DNA of 64,000 nt from an uncultured Candidatus Binatia bacterium (GTDB lineage: Bacteria > Desulfobacterota > Binatia > Bin18). The stretch is from NCBI GenBank assembly GCA_965243855.1, contig CBDEWE010000003.1, positions 3,206,288-3,270,287 on the forward strand, in the 5' to 3' direction. Under the pieces are notes generated by a model that was not told where the DNA came from, did not search any database, and worked only from the letters and a program-made list of their open reading frames with translations. Each line of letters opens with the position of its first letter. The stretch's first letter is position 1. Positions 18,185-26,529 of this stretch are shown here, piece after piece. A program made the position numbers and the translations under genes.

Positions 18185-19620
18185 ATGCTCCGCCTCTTCC
18201 AGTCTCTTATTATCCTGCAACTGGCTCTCCTCTTCGCTCTGCCCGTAGGAAGCTTTGCACAAACCCCACCTGGGGAGCGCTCCGCCATGAGCGATCTCCA
18301 GATGAGCCAAGAAGATATTGCCAACGAGCGCGTCTCGCCCTATACGTTGCGCCGCAAGGGTGGCCTGATCTTCTCAACCCCGTTTACCAAGCTTGATGGG
18401 TTCGGGCACGCACCCTTTAGCGCGCACGAGCCTGATTTTCTTGAAACACGTCCCACTCTTCAGGGAAACGGGGCTTTTTTACGCGTCAACGGGCTCGACG
18501 CTCAGACCTGCATGGAATGTCACTCGGTCCTGAGCAATGCGGTTGTGCCTTTCCGGTTTGGTGTCGGTGGGGTTGGATCAGGCAGTTCGAATGTGATGTT
18601 TAAGCCGACATGGATTGACCCAACGACCGGCGGCAAAGAAAATTTCAACGGTCGGTTCATTAACCCTCCCTTTTTATTCGGCTCGGGTGGAGTGGAGCTG
18701 TTGGGAAAAGAAATGACCCTGGATTTGCAGCAGCTCAGAGCGCAGGCGCAACAAAGCCCCGGAACACGGGTCTCCCTAGTTTCCAAAGGGGTCTCTTCGG
18801 CAGCATATCCTGCCAACAGGACGGCACGTGCGATACCTCACAGGTCGAAGGGGTGAATACCGATCTGGTGGTTCGCCCCTTTGGCCGCAAAGGTGAGTTC
18901 GCCACCGTCCGTGCATTCGATGTGGAAGCAATGGAGTTCCACTTTGGCATGGAGCCCGTGGAACTGGTTGGGGACGGGGTGGACAGGGATGGCGATGGCG
19001 TGATCAACGAGGTCACTATCGGCCAGATATCCGCCTTACATATTTTTAATACGACCCTCACGCCGCCGATTATGCACCTCAGCCGTGAAGCCCAAGACGG
19101 ACAGGAGCTGTTTGCACACATCGGCTGTGCGGACTGTCATATCCCGTCCCTGACAACCAACAGTCCGATGCTGACCTATAGTTTTCCCGAAGTGCCGACA
19201 GACCCGACCGCCAACGTCTTCTACCGGGTCGATCTGAGAGACTATCCCACGTTTTTTGAGGAGGCGGCGCAGGGGGGCCTCGTGGTCCCGCTGTTCGCCG
19301 ACCTCAAACGGCATGACATGGGGTCGGCGCTGGCCGAATCATTCGGAGAAGAACTGGCCGCCCAGTTCACCACCGCCCGGCTGTGGGGCGTGGCCGATAC
19401 CGCCCCCTACCTCCACGACGGACGAGCGCTGACCCTCACCGAGGCGATTACGCTCCACGGCGGGGAGGCGCAAGCGGCCCGCGATGCGTTTGTCGATACG
19501 CTGGACACTCAGGAAAAGGAGACCCTCTTAACCTTTCTCCGCTCGCTCAGGACCCCTCACGCAGACGACGTGGCCCCTGATCTTCGGTCGGAGAGTAACG
19601 GAAGAGACTGGGAACATTAG
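18185..19620 (+). pseudogene. di-haem cytochrome c peroxidase-like protein (two CxxCH), interrupted by a frameshift near 18750-18765
   Basis: ORF1 18185..18856 (signal peptide, CMECH) and ORF2 18853..19620 (GCADCH) are in different frames; ORF2 frame reads through from 18664; shift maps near a CCCC run at 18757-18760. Confidence 0.55.
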
Positions 19621-19711
19621 AGCAAAGAACGATGCGGTGTAGCGCGGCTCTCTCTTCCCCTTTAGGAGTGCGGGCTGGAAGCCCGCAGGCGACCATCCTG
19701 GCCGCCCTCCC
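19621..19711 (+). repeat. ~90-nt 3'-UTR repeat element, copy A (hairpins GCGGGC-tggaa-GCCCGC, GGCGACCA..TGGCCGCC)
   Basis: About 90% identical to reverse complement of 22381..22469; starts immediately after stop of the cytochrome gene. Confidence 0.75.
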
Positions 19712-19889
19712 AGGAGGAGAGCCGCCCACCTCCCCTCCCAGGCCGTTTGGAGCAAGCCCCTGTCCTTCCCGACGAGAGCGGACTGGTACGGCTACAATTT
19801 ATCGTGAAACGCTCCAGCAGAATCTCCCCTCCAGGCGCGCTTCTCGGTATCCTCTCGGACACGGCTATCAATCTTATGGGTCGGCCTGC

Positions 19890-20444
19890 TCAGTCGAGCG
19901 GTTTTTCTTTAAACACATCGTCCGGACTATACTGCACCTGAAACGCCTGAAGCGCCTGATTGAAGGACGGGTCTTCTTCCGTATCGAGCAGCGCGTCCGC
20001 CGCGGGCGGATCGAGCCGGGCCACGGCCGCCCGCCAGTGCTCCAGTTGCGACAGAGACAGGGGAACGGACACGGTGTAGTGCAGTTCGGTATCCTCACTG
20101 AGCAGGATAACCGTCAGCTTCTCCCGTCGGACGAGCTTCCGCAGAATGGCGACGTCGCTCGCCTGTCTCGGGTTGAGATAAAACACGCCTCCCTTGCTCC
20201 CCCCAAACGTCGGGTGCAGTTGGTAGCCGATGGCCACCACCCATATCCCCTTTGGGCTCTGCCACGTACACAGGCTCAGGCTGAGCGGCAGGGGCGCGTC
20301 AATAAACCAGTCCAGGTCTTCGACCCGGCTGACAACGGCCAGCTCCTGTGTACCCTCACGGTCAATAAACCGGACGGAGTACAGGGGTTCTTCCATTAAA
20401 AGCAGCCAGCTTTCTCGGTTAATCACCACACCGGTCGGTTGCAT
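19890..20444 (-). CDS. hypothetical protein (~184 aa)
   Basis: Protein-like C-terminal 184 aa from MQPTGVVINRESW...; ORF extends upstream to 20657 but that part looks non-coding. Confidence 0.45.
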   Translation of the reverse strand: MQPTGVVINRESWLLLMEEPLYSVRFIDREGTQELAVVSRVEDLDWFIDAPLPLSLSLCTWQSPKGIWVVAIGYQLHPTFGGSKGGVFYLNPRQASDVAILRKLVRREKLTVILLSEDTELHYTVSVPLSLSQLEHWRAAVARLDPPAADALLDTEEDPSFNQALQAFQVQYSPDDVFKEKPLD

Positions 20445-20598
20445 TGAGGATGCTCCTCTCCTTACGCGCTTGACCCACAGGCACGCATCTATCATACATG
20501 GCACTCGCATGGCAGGTTCGACGCCGGAACGCCCAGTGGCCACAGCGGGGCGTTCGGTGTAGGGAGCGTAGACACCGGTCATCATACAAGGAGGGACC

Positions 20599-21885
20599 AT
20601 GGCGAGGCCGGTCAGGTATAAGATCGTTGGACTGCTGTTCTCCGGAACCATCATCAACTACATCGACCGGGTGAATATCTCTGTGGCCGCGCCGGTTATC
20701 ATGGCCGACTCCGGCTGGAGCAAGAGTGAGTTCGGGATGGTCTTTTCCGCCTTCCTGGTTGGCTACGCCGTGCTCCAGTTGCCAGGCGGCCTGGTGGCCG
20801 ACCGCTGGAGCGCACGGAAAGTGTTGGCCCTCGCCTTTTGTGGCTTCTCGCTTTTCACAGCCCTGACCCCGCCGGCCATTGCCGCCTTTTGGCTGCTGCT
20901 CAGCGCGCGTTTTCTGGTCGGCATGTTTGAGTCCGTGACTATTCCGGCGCTCACCTCTGTCAACGCTCGGTGGATTCCGCGGGCCGAGTTTGGCCGCGCG
21001 CAGACCCTGAGCGTGTCCGGCGTGACGGTCGGCCAGATGATTGCCTACCCGCTCACCACCTGGATTATTCTCCACTTCTCCTGGCAGCTCGTCTTCTATT
21101 TTAACGCCCTGCTCGGCTTTGTCTGGGCGGCGCTGTGGCTGTGGTCTTCCACGGACACGCCCGGTGAGCATCCGAAGATTGATGCAGCGGAACGCGCTTA
21201 TATTGAATCAAACCTGTCCCCCCGTCCGGCCGTTCCGCTGCCGTTGTGGACCGTGTTTTCCAGCGCGTCGCTGCTGACCGTGACCCTGGCCTTTATGTGT
21301 TATGCCTACGTGCTGTGGATGTTTCTGTTCTGGTTTCCGACCTATTTGGTCGAGGCGCGTGGCATGTCTCTGGGGGTCATGGGCACGGTCGGCATTTTTA
21401 TGCACGGCGCGTCGTTCCTGGGTGTTATCGGGGCCGGGATGCTGTCAGACTGGCTGCTGCGCAACGGCTGGAGTGCGCAGTTCGCCCGCGTGCGCTTTGG
21501 TGCCTTCGGCCTCACCCTGGCCCTGCCCTGTCTGGTGCTGGCGGCTCAGACCGCCTCGCCGCTGATCTGTACCGTTTTTCTGGTTCTTTTTTACGGGCTG
21601 TTCAGTATGGGCATCGGGGTGTTTACCACGGTTGCCCTGGAGTTTAATCCGCACCAGGCCGGCGCTATCTTCGGCATGATGAATACACTCGGGACCTTTG
21701 CTGGGGTTCTGGGTCCCTGGTCCGCCGGACAGATGATTGAGTACAGCGGAGGAGATTGGACTATACCGCTGTTTGTCGCGACCGGGGTGGGAGCGGTCAG
21801 TGCCCTTATCCTATTTGTGGTCAAGATCAGGAAGATCGAGATAGAGGACGTTGCCTTGGCGGAGGCAGCGGAAAGCGGTTCGTGA
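20599..21885 (+). CDS. MFS transporter (anion:cation symporter-like)
   Basis: 428 aa, 12 predicted TM segments, N-terminal GTIINYIDRVNISVAAPVI... and LPGGLVADRWSARKV MFS signatures. Confidence 0.85.
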   Translation: MARPVRYKIVGLLFSGTIINYIDRVNISVAAPVIMADSGWSKSEFGMVFSAFLVGYAVLQLPGGLVADRWSARKVLALAFCGFSLFTALTPPAIAAFWLLLSARFLVGMFESVTIPALTSVNARWIPRAEFGRAQTLSVSGVTVGQMIAYPLTTWIILHFSWQLVFYFNALLGFVWAALWLWSSTDTPGEHPKIDAAERAYIESNLSPRPAVPLPLWTVFSSASLLTVTLAFMCYAYVLWMFLFWFPTYLVEARGMSLGVMGTVGIFMHGASFLGVIGAGMLSDWLLRNGWSAQFARVRFGAFGLTLALPCLVLAAQTASPLICTVFLVLFYGLFSMGIGVFTTVALEFNPHQAGAIFGMMNTLGTFAGVLGPWSAGQMIEYSGGDWTIPLFVATGVGAVSALILFVVKIRKIEIEDVALAEAAESGS

Positions 21886-21923
21886 GTATAGTTAAGGAGA
21901 ACAGTGACAGAGAGGAGGACCCT

Positions 21924-22223
21924 ATGGCAGACCGACAGAAACTCTCGGATACGGACATTCAGGCCAGGCTGGGCAGTATGCCGGGCTGGAGTGTGGTCGA
22001 CGGGAAGTTGCACCGGGAGTATAAGTTCCAGGACTTTGTCCACGCCTTTGGTTTTATGGCCAGTGCGGCCCTGGTAGCGGAATCCATGAATCACCATCCC
22101 GAATGGTTCAACGTCTACAGCACGGTAAACGTTGACCTGGCCACCCATGACGCCGGGGGCATCACCGAGCTGGACTTTACTCTGGCCGACAAGATGGAAG
22201 AACTCGCCAGCGCAGGCGGTTGA
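21924..22223 (+). CDS. 4a-hydroxytetrahydrobiopterin (pterin-4a-carbinolamine) dehydratase
   Basis: 99 aa from ATG with RBS GAGGAGGA; ...REYKFQDFVHAFGFMASAALVAESMNHHPEWFNVYSTVNVDLATHDAGGIT PCD/DCoH signature. Confidence 0.85.
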   Translation: MADRQKLSDTDIQARLGSMPGWSVVDGKLHREYKFQDFVHAFGFMASAALVAESMNHHPEWFNVYSTVNVDLATHDAGGITELDFTLADKMEELASAGG

Positions 22224-22276
22224 AAGCTGATTACCGTTTCCTCTCCCCTGGCGGGGCGACGGGCGGCCCAAGGGCC

Positions 22277-22302
22277 GGGCAACCACAGGGGGTTGCCCCT
22301 AC
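22277..22302. repeat. 26-bp hairpin GGGCAACC-acagggg-GTTGCCCCTAC, copy 1
   Basis: Identical 26-mer recurs at 56022..56047; both lie between convergent gene ends. Confidence 0.8.
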
Positions 22303-22380
22303 GATACACATTCCCTCTCCCCTGGCGGGCTGAGGGCCTGACAGTTTGGCAGAGACAGGGAATCCGGGGGGCAGGAAACA

Positions 22381-22469
22381 GGGAGGGCGGCCATACTGGC
22401 CGCCATGCGGGCTTCCAGCCCGCACTCCTAAAGGAGGAGAGAGGCGCGCTACACAGCAGCGTGATTTGC
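22381..22469 (-). repeat. ~90-nt 3'-UTR repeat element, copy B (inverted relative to copy A)
   Basis: Reverse complement aligns to 19621..19711; lies ~55 nt downstream of the CaiB-family gene stop in sense orientation. Confidence 0.75.
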
Positions 22470-22524
22470 TCTAGGGTGAGGGGGTTCTCAACGGGGAACA
22501 GCTCTCGGCTGGCTTGCTCCCGAG

Positions 22525-23721
22525 TCAGATAACGCCCGCTTGTTCGAGCTTTTGCAGCTTTTCTGTGGAGAGGCCCAGCAGACCCTGGTAAACGTCTCCG
22601 TTGTGCTGACCGAGCAGGGGGGCCGGGGAGACTTCGACCGGGGAGTCGTCGAGTTGGACCGCGCAGCCGGGCATGGTGATGGTGCCGCGGGTTGGATGTT
22701 CGACGGTGGCGACCATGCCGCGTTCACGCAGCTGCGGGTGGGTGAAAATATCGTGCGAGTCAAAAACCGCTCCACACGGCACACCAGCCTTTCCAAATCG
22801 CTCCATGACCTCGAACTTGGTGTACCGTGTGGTCCAGGCGCAAATAATGTCATACACCTCGTCAAAGCGAGTGTTGCGCTCGGACGTGGCGGTATAGCGC
22901 GGATCGCCGATCAAATCTTCGCGCTCAATCGTGCGTAGCAAACTCTCCCACATCCGCGGCGTCGTGGACATGAGATAGACGTAGTCATTGGGTCCGCCCG
23001 GCGCGCAGGGATAGGTGTCTGTGGGGGCGGCATGGCTGAGGCGGTTACCGGTGCGCTGCACCACAGCATCGGCCTGGAGATGGTGGCGCATGGGCACACG
23101 CACATAATTGACTACCGCATCCTGCATGGACACTTCCACGTGCTGCCCCTTGCCCGTTTTGCCCCGTTGCAACAGGGCCGCCAGAATGCCGACGGCGCAG
23201 TGGATACCCGTACCGGTATCGCCGATAGTCGGGCCGGGTTTGAGCGGCGGCGAGTCGGGCAGGCCGGTAATGCTCAGGGCTCCGCCGGTTGACAGGGCAA
23301 TCGAGTTGAAACTCTTATACTCGCTCCACGGCCCGGATGTGCCAAAGCCCTTGATGGTGGCATAGATCAGCCGCGGGTCAAGCTGCTGCAAGTCCGCATA
23401 GCCGAGGCCCAGCCGTTCCATGGTGCCCGGAGAGAAATTCTCCAACACGACATCGACCTGCGGGATCAGGGAGCGGAAGAGATCACAGCCCTGCTCGGTC
23501 TTGAGATTGAGGGTAATGCTGCGTTTATTGGCGTTCAGCAGAATAAAGAAATGCGAATCGAGCCCCGGCTCGTTGGTCAGAAAGTTCCGTCCCGACTCGC
23601 CGGTGCGGGGTGGTTCGACCTTAATCACATCCGCACCAAGAAAGGCCAAGAGCTCCGTACACGACGGACCGGCCTCAAAATGCGACAAATCGAGAATACG
23701 CACATGATCGAGAGCGAGCAT
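22525..23721 (-). CDS. CoA transferase family III (CaiB/BaiF) protein
   Basis: 398 aa; MLALDHVRILDLSHFEAGPSCTELLAFLGADVIKVEPP family III N-terminal signature. Confidence 0.85.
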   Translation of the reverse strand: MLALDHVRILDLSHFEAGPSCTELLAFLGADVIKVEPPRTGESGRNFLTNEPGLDSHFFILLNANKRSITLNLKTEQGCDLFRSLIPQVDVVLENFSPGTMERLGLGYADLQQLDPRLIYATIKGFGTSGPWSEYKSFNSIALSTGGALSITGLPDSPPLKPGPTIGDTGTGIHCAVGILAALLQRGKTGKGQHVEVSMQDAVVNYVRVPMRHHLQADAVVQRTGNRLSHAAPTDTYPCAPGGPNDYVYLMSTTPRMWESLLRTIEREDLIGDPRYTATSERNTRFDEVYDIICAWTTRYTKFEVMERFGKAGVPCGAVFDSHDIFTHPQLRERGMVATVEHPTRGTITMPGCAVQLDDSPVEVSPAPLLGQHNGDVYQGLLGLSTEKLQKLEQAGVI

Positions 23722-23850
23722 CAGCTTTCTCCTTTTTTCTCAGCGCCTGATACCCTACCATTTGGGTCGCGTCTCTGCCAAGCTTGTCAAATGGAGAACG
23801 GCAGGAGATAATCAGAGCGCAGACTTTCAATCAGGGAGGGACGACAGGCT

Positions 23851-24717
23851 ATGCAAAACAAGAAAACGTACGATCGCACCACGCAGGATGTCGGCAATAT
23901 CATTGGCATGGAACATGTGAATGTCACCGTGCCGGACCAGGCGGTTGCTTCGACCTTCTATATCTCCGGCCTCGGGTTCACCCGCGACCCGTATATGATG
24001 GTCGGGCCGGGCAATATGTGGGTGAACGTTGGCCAGCAACAGTTTCACCTCCCGGCGAGTGATCCCCAGGTGTTCAGAGGCCATATCGGGTTGGTGGTCC
24101 CGGACTTGAATACCTTGCAGACACGGCTTGAGCGGATCCAAAAACGCCTCGCCGATACGGCCTTTCGCTGGTCGGCCAAGAAAAGCTATGTCGCGGTCAC
24201 CTGTCCGTGGGGGAATCAGCTACGCTGTTACGCGCCAAGTCCGCAGTTCGGCAGCATGACGCTGGGCCTGCCCTATGTTGAGATGCCGGTCGCACCCCGC
24301 ACGGCTCGCGGGATTTGCCAATTCTATCAGGATGTGATGAACACCCCGGCGAGAGTCATCCAAGAGCGCGGCGCGGCGGTGGCCCAAGTCCAGGTCGGAC
24401 GTTCTCAGGTCTTACGTTTTCGGGAAACCTCGAAAACCATCCCCGCCTATGACGGCCATCATATAGCCGTCTATGTTACCAACTTTTCCGCTCCGCATAC
24501 GTTCCTGAAGCGTCACAAACTGATTACCCAGGAGAGCGACGATCATCAGTATCGCTTTCAGGCCATCGTCAACCCCAAAACCGGCAAGCTATTGTGCGAG
24601 CTTGAGCACGAGGTTCGCAGCCTGTTTCATCCCATGTACGAACGGGAATTAGTGAACCGCAACGCCGGCCAGAGCATTTTTGCCTATCAGAAAGGGCAGG
24701 ACGCGTTTGCCGCCTGA
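23851..24717 (+). CDS. VOC (glyoxalase/dioxygenase-fold) family protein, putative
   Basis: 288 aa; MEHVNVTVPDQAVASTFYISGLGF resembles VOC beta-alpha-beta-beta-beta start; second similar half. Confidence 0.45.
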   Translation: MQNKKTYDRTTQDVGNIIGMEHVNVTVPDQAVASTFYISGLGFTRDPYMMVGPGNMWVNVGQQQFHLPASDPQVFRGHIGLVVPDLNTLQTRLERIQKRLADTAFRWSAKKSYVAVTCPWGNQLRCYAPSPQFGSMTLGLPYVEMPVAPRTARGICQFYQDVMNTPARVIQERGAAVAQVQVGRSQVLRFRETSKTIPAYDGHHIAVYVTNFSAPHTFLKRHKLITQESDDHQYRFQAIVNPKTGKLLCELEHEVRSLFHPMYERELVNRNAGQSIFAYQKGQDAFAA

Positions 24718-24731
24718 GCGGCCTACAAGCG

Positions 24732-24815
24732 AAACCCACCCCGGCCACCCCTCCGAGGAGGGGAGCTTTTTTATCCCCTCTTGGGAGGGCTGCCGCGTAG
24801 CGGCGGGGTGGGTTT
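24732..24815. repeat. nested palindromic REP-like element with hairpin-plus-T-tract terminator
   Basis: Outer arms AAACCCACCCCG / CGGGGTGGGTTT; inner CCCCTCCgaggaGGGGAG + TTTTTTAT + CCCCTCttggGAGGG. Confidence 0.6.
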
Positions 24816-24851
24816 CCCAGCCCCTAACCCCCAATCCCTAACCCCCAACCC

Positions 24852-25847
24852 CTAATACCCCCCACGTTTGTCCACAACATTATCCATGGGCTCGCCGCGC
24901 AGATACTGACCCAGAATCGGTTGGAACAGCGCCACCGCGTGCTCCCAATAGTGAGAGCGAATACCGGAATAGTGCGGGGTGAGAATCACATTCGGCAGGT
25001 AAAATAACTCGCTGTCCGCCTCCGGTGGCTCGGGGTCGGTAACGTCCAACCCGGCACCGCCGAGACGGTCTTCTTTGAGGGCCTGGATTAAGGCCGCTTC
25101 CTGAATAATCGCCCCGCGTCCGACGTTCAGAATAAAAGCTCCCGGCTTCATCAAGCGCAGTTCGGGCTCTCCGATCAGACCCCGGGTTTCCGGCGTCAGC
25201 GGGGCGGCCACCACCACATAGTCCGACTGTGCCAAGAGCTGGGGCAGGCCGTTTGGCCCGAGCAATTCATCAACACAGGCCGGTTTGTCGCCACCCCGCC
25301 GCTTGTTGGCAACTACCCGCATGCCGAGCGCCTGACAGCGTTCGGCCACGGCCAGGCCGATACTGCCCAGCCCGATAATGCCGACGGTCCGACCGTGCAG
25401 CTCGGCAATCAGGGAAAACCGGCTGATCATTTCCTGGCGCGCCCACTTGCCTTCCCCCTGGAGGCGGTACGCCTCGTGCAGGCGGCGCGCAAACATGAGC
25501 ATCATGCCCAGCACGTGCTCGGCAATCGGAATGCCGTAGAGGCCGCGCGAGTTGGTGACAATGATGTCGCTCTCGACCAGCTCTGGAAATAAGACGTGCG
25601 TGGCTCCGGCCGAGGTGAGGTGGAGCCATTTGAGCTGGGTGGCGGTCGCCAGGTCCTTTTTGCTGAATCGGACAGCACACAGCACCTCGGTATCGGCCAG
25701 TTCGGCCAGCCGCCGGTCCGGGTCCTGGATCAGATTGATGTGGGCCTGCGGAAATGCGTCTTGCAGTTGCCGGACGAGCGCCAGGGGAAAATCCGGCCAG
25801 CCGGCCAGCCCGGCCGCACCGGCAAACGAAATACTCACCTTGGTCAT
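24852..25847 (-). CDS. D-isomer-specific 2-hydroxyacid dehydrogenase family protein
   Basis: NAD-binding GXGXXG motif VGIIGLGSIGLAVAERCQALGMRVV; start at ATG with RBS AAGAGGA (ORF open to 25970). Confidence 0.8.
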   Translation of the reverse strand: MTKVSISFAGAAGLAGWPDFPLALVRQLQDAFPQAHINLIQDPDRRLAELADTEVLCAVRFSKKDLATATQLKWLHLTSAGATHVLFPELVESDIIVTNSRGLYGIPIAEHVLGMMLMFARRLHEAYRLQGEGKWARQEMISRFSLIAELHGRTVGIIGLGSIGLAVAERCQALGMRVVANKRRGGDKPACVDELLGPNGLPQLLAQSDYVVVAAPLTPETRGLIGEPELRLMKPGAFILNVGRGAIIQEAALIQALKEDRLGGAGLDVTDPEPPEADSELFYLPNVILTPHYSGIRSHYWEHAVALFQPILGQYLRGEPMDNVVDKRGGY

Positions 25848-25866
25848 GGCTGTCCTCTTGATGGGC

Positions 25867-26403
25867 CTATTCGTTGCCTTCCATTTGCGTGTCCCGCCAA
25901 TAACTCCACGGCACGGGATAGTGCACCAGTTCCAATTTGATGCCGTCCGGGTCGGCAAAGAATACGGCATAATAATGCGGCCCGTACTCGGGATAATCCG
26001 CCGGCGGATCGAGGACGGTTATTCCTTCAGAAAGCAGAAAATCGTGAAAGCGGTCCACATCGGGCTTCTGCCTGACCTTGAGGGCCAGATGGTGCAGGCC
26101 GGCGCGAAAGCGGTTATGGCCGAGCGCTTTTTCTTCGGCCGCGGCTTCCTTGATGCCGATGATCAGATGGGCGTTGTGGAAGCCATTGTAGTGCGGGTGA
26201 ACGAGCTTGCGAAATCCGAGCGCGCCCAGAATTTTTTCATAAAAAGGCAGCGAGCGGCTCAAATCCGTGACCGTCAGGTCCAGATGATCAACGCCCAGAA
26301 CCTCAAAGGTCTCGAAGTCGGGATCGACCGTTTCCAGCGGGACCGAGCCCGGAATGACCGCGCTTTTCAGATGGTCGGCGTGAAAGAGTTCGGATGGAGA
26401 CAT
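25867..26403 (-). CDS. VOC family protein (glyoxalase/bleomycin resistance/dioxygenase fold)
   Basis: 178 aa; LGVDHLDLTVTDLSRSLPFYEKILGALGF and ...GLHHLALKV VOC motifs. Confidence 0.75.
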   Translation of the reverse strand: MSPSELFHADHLKSAVIPGSVPLETVDPDFETFEVLGVDHLDLTVTDLSRSLPFYEKILGALGFRKLVHPHYNGFHNAHLIIGIKEAAAEEKALGHNRFRAGLHHLALKVRQKPDVDRFHDFLLSEGITVLDPPADYPEYGPHYYAVFFADPDGIKLELVHYPVPWSYWRDTQMEGNE

Positions 26404-26529
26404 CGCAATCCTCCTTTGCCTGAGCAGACCGCGTGCAGGTGCCCCCAGGCCCCAGAGCGTTCATCCGGTGTCGTCCCGTCTACGGGAGCGGCACCCTGGG
26501 TGAGCGCTCTCGGAGCCCTGAGATGACTC

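Noticed and set aside
20500-20525. GGTTCGA-containing segment resembling a tRNA T-arm
   Set aside because: No cloverleaf can be built around it. It lies inside the coding region of the 184-aa hypothetical gene.
25552-26526. 324-aa plus-strand ORF spanning two minus-strand genes
   Set aside because: Runs antisense across the 2-hydroxyacid dehydrogenase and VOC genes; GC-rich antisense artefact.
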